The notes below the pieces were generated by a model that was given only the letters and a program-made list of their open reading frames with translations, had not been told where the DNA came from and made no database searches. From assembly GCA_026387235.1 (NCBI GenBank), contig JAPLMD010000069.1, forward strand, positions 26,920-90,919: a stretch of DNA of 64,000 nt, written 5' to 3'. Position numbers and translations under genes: made by a program. This DNA comes from Candidatus Omnitrophota bacterium. GTDB taxonomy: Bacteria; Omnitrophota; Gorgyraeia; Gorgyraeales; Gorgyraeaceae. Position 1 is the stretch's first letter. Every line of letters begins with the position of its first letter. Below, piece by piece: positions 22,141 to 33,200 of this stretch.

Positions 22141-23292
22141 ATGGAAAATATCGCTATTTTAGGGTCAACAGGTTCTATAGGTACGAGCGGACTGGATGTA
22201 ATCTCGAAATTTCCTAAGAGATTTAAGGCCGCCTGTTTGTCCGTAAATTCAAATACAGAGCTATTGTTACAGCAAGTAAAAAAATTTAAACCGGCTGCTG
22301 TGTGCATTGCTGACAGAAAAAAAGCCGGGAAGTTCAAAGACTTATGCCGAGAAGTAAAGGTATATGAAGGCGAAGACGGACTATGCAGTATGCTGGAAGA
22401 CGTAAAGATAGATACTGCTCTTGTAGGAATAGTAGGTTCGTCCGCGCTTTTGCCTATTATTGCGGTGTTGGATAAGGTCAAGAAAATGGCTCTGGCAAAT
22501 AAAGAAGCTCTTGTTATGGCAGGCAGTATTATAATGAATAAGGCGGCAAGAAATAAGGTAACAGTAGTGCCTGTGGACAGCGAACACAGCGCAATATTCC
22601 AATGTGTCGGAAGAAGCGGCAGGAAAGATTTAAGGCGGATTTTTCTCACAGGCTCAGGCGGGCCTTTGTTAAAAGTAAAAAAGTCAAGATTCAAGGATAT
22701 CACGGTAAAACAGGCAATTAACCATCCGAGATGGAAGATGGGCAAAAAGATATCAGTGGACTCAGCTACGATGATGAATAAAGGCTTGGAGGTGATTGAG
22801 GCGCGCTGGCTTTTTGATATGGATATAGACAATATAGAGATTCTTATACATCCGGAAGCAGTGGTTCATTCAATGGTAGAGCTCAGGGACGGCACCATAC
22901 TCGCTCAGCTGGGCGCCTGCGACATGAGGATTCCTATCCAGTACGCGCTTACATATCCTGACAGGTTTGACTCCGGAATAAAAAGCCTGGAGTTTTCTAA
23001 AATAAAGAGCCTGAATTTCTATTGCCCTGATTTTAAAAAATTTCCGTGCATGGGCTTAGCGTATGAAGCAGGAAAAAAGGCAGGGACATGCCCTTCGGTT
23101 CTAAATGCTTCGAATGAAGCGGCTGTGAGGGAATTTATTGAAGGGGGTATAAAATTTATAGACATACCGAGGCTGATCGAAAAAGTCATGGGGCTGCATA
23201 AGAGCGTCAAAGACCCAATGCTGGGCGATATATTGGAAGCGGATAAATGGGCCAGGATAAAAACCAAGGAGATGATTAGATGCTGTCGCTAG
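22141..23292 (+). CDS. dxr: 1-deoxy-D-xylulose-5-phosphate reductoisomerase
   Basis: LGSTGSIG, ANKE, PVDSEH, WKMGKKISVDSATMMNK. Confidence 0.97.
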   Translation: MENIAILGSTGSIGTSGLDVISKFPKRFKAACLSVNSNTELLLQQVKKFKPAAVCIADRKKAGKFKDLCREVKVYEGEDGLCSMLEDVKIDTALVGIVGSSALLPIIAVLDKVKKMALANKEALVMAGSIIMNKAARNKVTVVPVDSEHSAIFQCVGRSGRKDLRRIFLTGSGGPLLKVKKSRFKDITVKQAINHPRWKMGKKISVDSATMMNKGLEVIEARWLFDMDIDNIEILIHPEAVVHSMVELRDGTILAQLGACDMRIPIQYALTYPDRFDSGIKSLEFSKIKSLNFYCPDFKKFPCMGLAYEAGKKAGTCPSVLNASNEAAVREFIEGGIKFIDIPRLIEKVMGLHKSVKDPMLGDILEADKWARIKTKEMIRCCR

Positions 23293-24365
23293 TTTCTTTT
23301 ATAATTGTTTTGAGTATTTTAGTTATCGTGCATGAATTCGGCCATTTTATAGTTGCTAAGAAAATGGGCGTGCGCGTTGAAAAATTTTCAATAGGCTTCG
23401 GGCCGGAGATAGCTGGCGTCACAAAAGGAGGCACGAGATATTGTATTTCAATCATGCCTCTGGGAGGCTACGTGAAACTGGCCGGGGAAACAGGCGCAGA
23501 AGGGGTCAAGGGCGAGAAGTGGGAATATCTGTCAAGGACAGTCGGAGAGAGGGTAAGGATAATATTAGCAGGGCCTTTATTAAATTACATACTTGCGTTT
23601 CTGATTTTTTCATTTGTGTTTATAGTAGGAAATCCGACATTGACTGCAAAGGTAGGCAAAGTTATGCCCGGTTATCCGGCAGAATCAGCTGGATTAAAAG
23701 CAGGCGACAATATTATAAACATAAACGGTAAAGATGTGATTTATTGGGAAGATATCACGAATATTGTGCATGCGAGTAAAAATCAGGAGATAAAACTTCT
23801 CGTAAATAGAGACGGCGGACAGATAAACATTATGGTTATGCCCAAATATCAGGAGATTAGCACTATATTTGGCTCAAAAAAAAGCGTTTCTATAATAGGC
23901 ATTGCGCCGTCCGACGAAGTTGTATATGTGAAATACGGTTTCATAAAGTCTATATACATGGGGGCTGACAAATTATGGACCTTGACTTATATAACCTGCA
24001 GGGCCCTGTGGGCAAGTATTACGGGCGCGATACCTATAAAAGAATCCATGACAGGGCCTATAGGCATATTTTACATAACAGGCCAGGCAGCTAAGTTAGG
24101 ACTCGTTTATCTATTGCAGCTGATGGGCATATTGAGCGCATCTTTAGCTATTTTTAATCTTTTACCTGTGCCTGTTTTGGATGGCGGGCATATTTTATTT
24201 CTTGCAATAGAAAAGATTAGAAAAAAACCTGTTTCTCTTAAGATGCAGGAGAACGTGACTCAGGTAGGCATGGGGCTTTTGATAGTTTTAATGTTGTTCG
24301 TGTTCTATAATGATTTTAATAGGTTTGGGATTTTTGAAAAGATAGCGCAGATTTTTGAACGATAA
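23280..24365 (+). CDS. rseP: RIP metalloprotease RseP
   Basis: HEFGH, PDZ domain, NLLPVPVLDGGH. Confidence 0.95.
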   Translation: MLSLVSFIIVLSILVIVHEFGHFIVAKKMGVRVEKFSIGFGPEIAGVTKGGTRYCISIMPLGGYVKLAGETGAEGVKGEKWEYLSRTVGERVRIILAGPLLNYILAFLIFSFVFIVGNPTLTAKVGKVMPGYPAESAGLKAGDNIININGKDVIYWEDITNIVHASKNQEIKLLVNRDGGQINIMVMPKYQEISTIFGSKKSVSIIGIAPSDEVVYVKYGFIKSIYMGADKLWTLTYITCRALWASITGAIPIKESMTGPIGIFYITGQAAKLGLVYLLQLMGILSASLAIFNLLPVPVLDGGHILFLAIEKIRKKPVSLKMQENVTQVGMGLLIVLMLFVFYNDFNRFGIFEKIAQIFER

Positions 24366-24384
24366 TGCCTTTGGTTAAAATATT

Positions 24385-25410
24385 ATGACAAAGCAGATAA
24401 AAGTAGGAAACGTTAAAATAGGAGGAGGCGCTCCTGTCACTATCCAGTCAATGACAAAGACTGATACCAGGAATGTCCAGGCTACCGTAAAGCAAATAAA
24501 AGAACTTGAAAAATCAGGTTGCGAAATCATAAGAGTTGCCGTAAAAGATTTTGAAGCGGCAAAGGCAATAAGGGCTATTAAAAGAAAGATAAAAATACCG
24601 TTAGTAGCGGATATACATTTTGACTATAGACTGGCTTTAAGCGCTATTGAAAACGGAGCGGATAAAATAAGGCTTAATCCGGGCAATATTTACAAAGAAG
24701 ATGAAATAAAAGAAGTCGTGAAATCAGCAAAAGAAAGAAAGATTCCTATAAGAGTAGGAGCCAATACAGGGTCGATAAAACTTAAAATAAGGAGCAATGC
24801 GCAGAGAGCAGAAAATCTGGTAAAATCTGTATTGGATTACATAAAAATATTGGAGAGAATGGATTTTTACGATATAATAGTTTCATTGAAAGCTTCTGAT
24901 GTCCTTAGCACTATAGAAGCATATAAGCTCTTTTCAAAGAAATCAAAATATCCGCTTCATCTAGGCGTTACCGCGGCAGGACCTGTTTCAACGGGTATTG
25001 TAAAATCATCTATAGGGATAGGCGCCTTGCTTCTAGATGGCATAGGAGATACTGTCAGGGTTTCATTGACAGGCGATCCTATCGAAGAAGTCATAGCTGC
25101 TAAAAATATTCTGCAGGCGTTAGAGTTAAGGAACTTCGGTCCGGAAATTATTTCATGCCCCACATGCGGGCGCTGCCAGGTAAATTTGAAGAGTATAGCA
25201 GAGGAGATAGACTGGCGAATGATCCCGTACCGTAAAAAGCAGATAAAGATCGCGATTATGGGCTGCGAGGTTAACGGCCCAGGAGAAGCGAAAGAAGCGG
25301 ATATAGGAATTGCGTTTGGAAAAGGCGCAGGGGTTATATTTAAAAAGGGCAGAATTATAAAGAGAGTAAAAGAAAAAGAAGCAGTTAATGCCATTTTAAA
25401 ATATTTGTAG
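24385..25410 (+). CDS. ispG: HMBPP synthase
   Basis: QSMT, ADIHF, RLNPGNI, CPTCGR, MGCEVNGPGEA. Confidence 0.97.
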   Translation: MTKQIKVGNVKIGGGAPVTIQSMTKTDTRNVQATVKQIKELEKSGCEIIRVAVKDFEAAKAIRAIKRKIKIPLVADIHFDYRLALSAIENGADKIRLNPGNIYKEDEIKEVVKSAKERKIPIRVGANTGSIKLKIRSNAQRAENLVKSVLDYIKILERMDFYDIIVSLKASDVLSTIEAYKLFSKKSKYPLHLGVTAAGPVSTGIVKSSIGIGALLLDGIGDTVRVSLTGDPIEEVIAAKNILQALELRNFGPEIISCPTCGRCQVNLKSIAEEIDWRMIPYRKKQIKIAIMGCEVNGPGEAKEADIGIAFGKGAGVIFKKGRIIKRVKEKEAVNAILKYL

Positions 25411-25444
25411 GTAACTCGACTTCGGAAGCCGGATTGGTAAAAAC

Positions 25445-27181
25445 ATGCGATGGAGTAAATATTTTATCCCAACTTTAAAAGAGGTCCCAAGCGAGGCTGA
25501 GGCAGTCAGCCACAGGCTTATGATACGCGCAGGCCTTGTCAGAAAACTTGTCTCAGGCGCTTATACCTACCTTCCTTTAGGCCTAAGGATTTTGAAAAAA
25601 GTTCAAAATATAATCCGCGAAGAAATGGATAGCTCAGGAGCTATTGAACTTTTTATGCCTTCCTTGCAGCCTGTTGAATTATGGCACGAATCAGGCAGGT
25701 TTAAAGATTTGGGTGAAGACCTGATTACCTTTAAAGATAGACATAATAGGGTTATAGTTTTTGGGCCTACTCATGAAGAAGTTATAACAGACCTTGTTAA
25801 AAACCATGTAAATTCATATAAACAGCTGCCCATCACTTTTTATCAAATCCAGACTAAGTTCAGAGACGAAGTCCGCCCTAGGTTTGGGGTTATAAGAAGC
25901 AGAGAATTCATAATGAAAGATGCTTATAGCTTTGACAGGGATTGGCAAGGTTTGGACGAAAGCTATAAGAAGATGTATGAGGCATATAAGAGGATTTTTG
26001 AAAGATGCGGGTTAAAGGCAATTGCTGTAGAAGCAGATTCGGGTATTATGGGCGGAGACGTATCTCATGAATTCATGGTGCTTAGCGATAGCGGAGAGGA
26101 TTTATTAGCGCATTGCGCTTCGTGCGGATATGCAGCAAGTCTTGCTATTGCAGAATGTAAAGAAAGAACACCAGAACGCCAGAGCACCCCCGTACCACAA
26201 GGGTACGGGGCAGGCAGGACATTGGAAAAGATTAAAGAGGTAGATACGCCTGGGGTGACGACGATAGAAAAGGTTGGGCAAATGCTGAAGGTTAAGCCGG
26301 AAGAGATGGTAAAGACCCTTATTTACGCGGCAGATGAAAAGCCTGTAGCTGTTTTAATAAGAGGCGACCACGATGCAAACGATGCAAAGATAAAGAAATA
26401 TTTAAAATGCGCCAAGCTTGAGATGGCTAATGAAGATGTTATAAAGAAAGCAACCGGCGGCCCAATGGGATTTTCAGGCCCTGTGAGATTGAAAGATGCT
26501 AGGGTTATAGCAGATAATTCTATTAATGGCATGATTAATTTTGTCACAGGAGCAAATAAAAAAGATAAGCATTATATAAATACAAATATAGACAGGGATT
26601 TTAAGATTAGCGAATGGGCTGATTTAAGAATGATTACAGAAAGAGATTTATGTCCTAAGTGTAATAAAGATATAAAGATAGAGCATGCAATAGAAATGGG
26701 GCATGTGTTTAAATTAGGTCTTAAGTATTCAAAGGCAATGAAAGCTGAATTCCTGGATGAAGACGGCAAGTTGAAACCTGTGGTAATGGGTTGTTACGGC
26801 ATAGGCGTAAATAGGATCATAGCTACCGCAGTAGAGCTTCATAATGATGAAAAAGGCATAATATGGCCGCTCGCAATAGCGCCTTTTCAGGTTATAATAA
26901 TACCATTAAATTATAAAAATGGCAGCATTAAAGCTACAGCTGATTATGTTTATAATGAGTTAAAAGAGGCGGCTATAGACGTATTATTGGATGACAGGGA
27001 TGAAAGCGCTGGCATTAAGTTTAATGATGCTGAATTAATAGGGATACCTGTTGAAATAATAATAGGAGAAAAGAGCCTGAAAAAAGGTGTTTTTGAACTT
27101 AAAATTAGAGAGGCAAACAAGATAATAGAGATTAAAAAAGAAGAAATAAAGCATAAAATCTTATCATTAATAGCCCTGTAG
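25445..27181 (+). CDS. proS: Prolyl-tRNA synthetase (bacterial type with editing domain)
   Basis: GPTHEE, KFRDEVRPRFG, GHVFKLG, MGCYGIGV, GIIWP. Confidence 0.97.
   Translation: MRWSKYFIPTLKEVPSEAEAVSHRLMIRAGLVRKLVSGAYTYLPLGLRILKKVQNIIREEMDSSGAIELFMPSLQPVELWHESGRFKDLGEDLITFKDRHNRVIVFGPTHEEVITDLVKNHVNSYKQLPITFYQIQTKFRDEVRPRFGVIRSREFIMKDAYSFDRDWQGLDESYKKMYEAYKRIFERCGLKAIAVEADSGIMGGDVSHEFMVLSDSGEDLLAHCASCGYAASLAIAECKERTPERQSTPVPQGYGAGRTLEKIKEVDTPGVTTIEKVGQMLKVKPEEMVKTLIYAADEKPVAVLIRGDHDANDAKIKKYLKCAKLEMANEDVIKKATGGPMGFSGPVRLKDARVIADNSINGMINFVTGANKKDKHYINTNIDRDFKISEWADLRMITERDLCPKCNKDIKIEHAIEMGHVFKLGLKYSKAMKAEFLDEDGKLKPVVMGCYGIGVNRIIATAVELHNDEKGIIWPLAIAPFQVIIIPLNYKNGSIKATADYVYNELKEAAIDVLLDDRDESAGIKFNDAELIGIPVEIIIGEKSLKKGVFELKIREANKIIEIKKEEIKHKILSLIAL
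26169..26218. repeat. In-frame 8-mer repeats plus GC-rich hairpin in proS
   Basis: caccagaa-cgccagag-cacc then ccccgtacc-acaag-ggtacgggg-caggcagg. Confidence 0.6.
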
Positions 27182-27197
27182 AAAATTGGATTTTTAT

Positions 27198-27226
27198 TTG
27201 ACACGAAAGCGTTTACGTGTTATACT
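27198..27226 (+). promoter_or_regulatory. Near-consensus sigma70 promoter of the array
   Basis: TTGACA-N17-TATACT with extended TG. Confidence 0.8.
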
Positions 27227-27295
27227 TTATAGTAGAGTTTTAAAAGCATTTAAAAATACATATAATATTTCCATGAACCTAAAGAGAGGGGTTAT

Positions 27296-30200
27296 ATGTC
27301 TGTGAAGCCATTATCTAGAGCAATCTCTATAACCGTGCTCATTACATTTCTTTTCACAAATATCCCATATGCTTCATCTGCCCCCAATTCTTTATTTAAG
27401 AACAAGAAAATAGACTATCAAAAGCTTTCCGATCAGAATCAAGATATTGTCCAGAAAAAGAAAGATATCCTATCTGGCGAAGATTCAAAACAAACCCAAT
27501 CACAGCAAAAACAAGCCCAGAAGATTCTGTCCAGCCATCTATCTGATATATCGCAGATTCATATTCCATCTGAGATAGGAAGGATAGTAGAGGTGCACCA
27601 GGGCACTGGGGCACCAGAGCATCAGGATAAGCTTATAGTGCACATACAAGACCTGCATACAAATCCTGAGGCAGAATATAACCTGGCAAAGATATTAGAG
27701 GTTCTATTAAATGACTATAAGATGGGTCTTGTATGTTCGGAGGGCGCTGATGGAGTTGTTGATACATCTAGTGTATCCACTTTTCCTGATTCCCAGGTAA
27801 GAGAAAAGATCTCCAAGATCTTTGTGAACGCAGGAGAACTCACAGGCGAGGAATACCTATCTATCACCAAATATCCTGATCTTCCCATCTGGGGCATTGA
27901 GAGTAAAGACATCTATTTCAGAAATATCATTGACTTCAATAAGATAATGAAATTCAACCCTGGGTCCCAAATCTTTATCTCCCAGGCTAAAAAAGCCCTG
28001 GAAGAGCTGAAAGCCAGAATCTATACAAAAGAACTGATTGAGCTGGACCAGAAAGAGGCTGATTACAAAGCCCAGAAGATAGAATCTCCTGAATATGTGA
28101 AATATCTTCTCGACTCGGCTGCTTCACAGCCTCGCTCGAAGAATATTCTCTCCAACTACAAAAATATCGGCCTATTGACTGAAACAATAGATGCGGAGAA
28201 AAAGATAGACCAGCTCAAGATAATGAACGAATCCCAAAAACTACTTTTAAACCTCCAGTCTTCCCTTAATGCCAAATCCCTCAACTCTGACATGGATTCT
28301 TTAATGGCAAAATCAAGCCTTTTCAAAGACCAGAAGATTTCACCATTCTCATTCTACAGCTACCTAAAAGACCTTGCAAATAAACACCTGAAGGACGAGT
28401 TTGGCGCAAAATACCCTAATCTGAATGGCTTTGTAGATTACCTCACTAAACTTAATTCTCTTGATTCCACAAAGCTCTTTATTGAATTAGAAGACCTGAA
28501 TTTTGAGATAAAACAAGCCCTTTCCAGAACAGATGAGCAAAAAACCCTTATCAAGGCCCTCAGAAACATAAGCTTCCTTGAAGGCTTTTTTAACCTCAAG
28601 GTCTCCAATGAAGAATTAGACTATTACCTTAATAATAAGGACTTCCATAAAGTAGCATTCTTTGAATCCTTCTTGAAACCAGCTATCAAAAAATACAATA
28701 TCAGCACCTTTATAGACTATAACCCCGATCTTATAGATTCCCATTTAACAGAGCTTGAGGATTTCTACAAGGTTGTAAAAGACCGCGATATCGCAATGGT
28801 AAATAACTCTATCTCTGAGATAGAGAAGCGCAACTCTAAAGTCAGCGCTCTTATTGCAGGAGGGTTTCATACAAAAGGCATCACTAAGCTCCTAAAAGAA
28901 AAAGGCTATTCCTATATAGTCATCTCCCCGTATTCAAAGACAGGTATAAATGAAGAGAACTATCACTATTTATTATCAGGCCAGCGTAAACCCTTAATGG
29001 AATTGGCAGAAAAGCTTAATGCTGCTGCTCTTCGCGTTATTCTTGGATTTGTAAAAGATCCGACCTTTGAAACAGAGCTTAAAAAAACTTTAGCTGCTGC
29101 TGGCATAATAGATAACCAGTTATATTCCGGTGCTAAACCAAGGATGTTATCTTTATTTGCGCTTGGGGCTGCTAAAACTCTATATCTGCGCGATAAAGCA
29201 AACTTTGATTTATCTGCGCTTCCAGCCTATTTTACATCTTCATTTTATACTGAATTAAATAAGCTTGGCTTAGATGTAGAGATAAGAGAGAGCAAATCAG
29301 GCATCCATGTGAAATGCGGGGATAATTACTTTGGCATAAATAAGGAAGATGGGGGGATAATAAAGTCTAATGCCAGCATATTTACCAGTGTATCTGATAA
29401 GAACAGAGTAATGCTGGCAAAAATAAGCGAAGAAGAGACGCTAAAAATTCCAGGGCCTCGTATTTCTGAAGGAATAACTCAGGCAGTTGCAGAAAAATGG
29501 AAAGCTAGAGCAGATATGGTTCCGGATTCGCAAATCAAAGTGATGAGAATAAAAGATTTGGAGATAGAAACTGTATTAATAACAGCTGATTCTGGAGATA
29601 TGCCTGAGGGGATACTGGCTTGGCGTTTGCGCGATAGTAAAAATAGGCTAGTGATAATTACGGAAAGGGAAGTAAAACTTGGAGACAGCTTTTCAGAAGA
29701 ACTTCTGTTTCACGAGCAATTTGAAGAGAATCTAAAACAAGAGCTTAATTATATTACTGACCGTGATCCAGAAAGGCTTAGACATACTAGGCATGCTATT
29801 GCCAGCGCAGTGGAATCTATACTATTTAGTGAGGGCGGGACCAGGCTTACGCCTTTTCATGAATATGCAATAGGCCATAGGATGAGCCTGTTGCACCTTA
29901 AAAGATTGGTCGATGAATATCAAGAACTAGGATTTTATTACAATATGATAGCAGATTTTTTTACTAGGAAAGGAATAGAATATCAAGATAAGGGCATAAC
30001 CATAGAAGCTTTACAGGCCTATGAAAGAAAATTTATAGCAAGAATAAAAGAAGAAATAAGGCACAGGACTACAGAGTCAAGAGCTCGGGCCGGCGCAAGG
30101 AGAAAGGGCAAAGCCGCTGAGGTGCCTAAGATGTATTTAGTGGGGAAAGTAGTTGTCCCTCAAGATGATGCCAGGACCCAGCAGGTGATTGAGCAGGCAA

Positions 30201-33200
30201 GGGGTCAGGAAAGGCTGGTAAGAATAGATGTATCTAAACAAGAGAGAATCACTCCGCAAGGCAGGTTTGCAGATATTTTGCGAGACGCAATCTCGTATTA
30301 TGAAAGACGGGGCGCATCTGATGAAGTAGCTGATTTGCAACAGACTGAATTTTACCTAGTTAGGCCGCAAGAGGATGATCCTAATCGCACTCTTCCAGGA
30401 TTTATTTGGTACGATTCAGATGGACATTACCTTATTGCCAAAGCAATGGAACCTAGACAAGCTTATTTTGGTTATGAGGCTATAGATATCTTAAGAGAAA
30501 AAAATCCAAGGATAGATTTTATTGCCAACATGCTTCTCCAGGTAGCACGATATGCTAAAGATCCTTATGGTAAGTGGGACCCATCTATACTTAACCATAT
30601 TTTGGCAGAGTCAGGAAACTATTTATTGGAAGATGCTCGTTTAATTAAAGAAGTGAGATTTATAATTAACCGCCTTTTTAAAGAAGAAACCTCGCCTGAA
30701 GAGAATGACCGGCTTCAGGGGCTCCTTATAGATATAAAACAACGCAAACCAGTTTTGTTCTATGTAGGGTTAGCTAATTTAGGAAGAACATACCTTCAGG
30801 GGATTTCCCCTAATAGATATCCCTGCGTCACTGCTGCAAATTTGTGTCTTGCCAGGAATTATGCTTTTATGGACCAGCATTTACAAAAGGATGCTTATGT
30901 CTCAGAAATAGACAGGACTATCACGGTTTTTAGAGATGTTTTTAATCCTACCTTAACTAGAGCGATTCCCTGGATGCTTCAGGTGTTAAAGGAGCAGCAG
31001 AATCCAGCTAATCCCAATTTAGTTAAGGGAGAAATACTTATAAAGAAAGGCGATAACTTTTTAGATCTTACTTGCGGGACAGGCATTTTTGGTTTGTTTG
31101 CAGCTTTAAACGGTGCAGAGAGTGTTTTAAGCAGCGATATTAATCCAAGTGCTGTGGCTTGCGCGAACTTTAATGCAAAAAAATTAGGAGTAGCTAAGAA
31201 AATGCAGGCAATACAAAGCGACCTTTTTAATGGTATTCCTAAAGATAGAAAATTTAACATTATCAGTTTTACCCCGCCATTCTTAGATGAGCCGCAATCT
31301 CCAGGCGTGTGGTTAGAAAAAGCTGTATATGACCCTGGATTCAGCCTTTTAACCCGTTTTTTAAATAGGGTTGGTAATTATCTAACTGATGATGGAAAGA
31401 TATTGTTTATAGGCACAGATAAGAGTCAGGGCCCAGAAGGGAAAAACAGCACAGGCCTCATGTTAGATTTAGCAAGACGGAAAGGATTTATCAGTACTAT
31501 TATACGTTCTCAAGAGTTTCATGGAGAAACCTACTCAGTTTATGAACTGACCAGAAGATCTGCTTTAGTGTCCGATAGCGAGATAGATAATCTTGTGGCA
31601 ACATCCCTAAGCTCTGACAAGGAATCAGCTAATTTTGCCATTAGAGAGTTAATTGAACAGGCTCGTTCTGCCTTTGATAGCAATCCTGAATTTTATCAAA
31701 GGCTATTCTTGCATCTCGTCCAGATTTATATTGAAGAATCCTATAACGGTTATGTATCGGAAAGGGTGATAGCTAAACGTAATGCAGGGGAGAGACCAGA
31801 CTTTTATGAAGAACAAAAGGCAGCAACCTATAATGCATCGGCAGCGCGAACAATAAACTGGTTTATTAAAGACTATTGTAGAGATGTTTTGAAATTAGAT
31901 CCTGAAGGCCAAATTGTTGAAGACTATTTTAGTTGCCTTCATATGTTGCCTATTATGAATAGAGATATGAAGAGAAGATTTAGCGAGCGTGATGGCATAG
32001 AGATAGATTCTACTATGATTGTTAATGGAAACCCAGAAGAAGTGCAGATGACCAAGGACTTTTATCGCGCGAGGTTGGGGCGTATATATGATTCTTTGAA
32101 AGTGATTGGCATAAGGGACGATCTATGGCTTGGCAATATAGTAGGTATGATGCCTTTATTTGAGGACTATTTGGCCCAGCCATCAAGAGACCAGGAAGCC
32201 AAGGGTAATAAAAAGGTTATATTGCATGTCTTGGCAGTTAATGGCGGCGCAGGAGCCAGAAATATTCTTCTTACAGCATCTTCTGATGGAAAAGGTGAAA
32301 TCATTCTTGACAATGGCCGCACAATGATGGAACAGGGCATTGAACAGGTAAAAGGCATGGTTCAGGGGTTAGTAGAAAGAAACATATATGGCGAATTTTT
32401 TATTGTTATTCCCTGCGATAACATGATACTCCCAGCCATGTATACAGCTGATGCTTACAGATCAGATAGAGGGTTTTATCTCTATGCAAGGAAGACTGAG
32501 GTTTTAAGGGCATCATTGAATGAACTTAAACATTGGGGGCCGCCGTTTGGCCAGATGTTTGCAAAAAGGGAAACGGGTATCGTCAAAGGTTTTGAAGAAA
32601 AACCAAACATATGGAAATTACTAAACAGAGTCATGATCAATGCTATTGAAGAAAGCAATGAAGAAACTTGCGGAAAAAGCATTTCGGAATTTTTATACAA
32701 CTTAGATACCAGAAGGAACAGGTATTTAGATGACTTGAAACAAAAATCCGGGGATTACGCCTTATACCTTATCGCCCTTCCTATGATTGTTCAGGAGGAG
32801 GTATGGAATTATGTCTATGAAAACGGCGAGGTGGAACCTGAAATCAGGAAGATTATCCCTACTTTTGATGAGTGGAAAAGGTTATATAGCGAAGCTAATA
32901 AACATAAGTCTCGAGTAGAAGGATTGATAAACAAAGTTTTAGATGAAGGAGGCACTGTTTCTTTTACAAATACTTTCTATTTTCTTTTATCCAGGCCTGT
33001 AGCAGAAAAGATTTATACTCTATTTTCACAGCCTACTGAAAGAGAGGACAGCGGTTCTTTCTGGGCAAGAAAGCTTCCCAAAGGCCAGACTCCAAAAATG
33101 GTAGCCGCACTTGACTGGGCAGGCTTAATCCTTACACCCATGACTGTAACCCAGGAAACATGGATGGAAGACTATGAAAAAAGAGGCGCTATGTATTTGG

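Noticed and set aside
25411-25440. Similarity of tcgacttcggaagccgg to 60625-60639 ccgattcgaagccgg
   Set aside because: Too short and degenerate to call a repeat family.
29700-29810. Calling FHEQFEE..RHAIA (and GHEGFQ near 43543) a zinc peptidase
   Set aside because: Not canonical HExxH; too little evidence without a profile search, so noted only as a motif.
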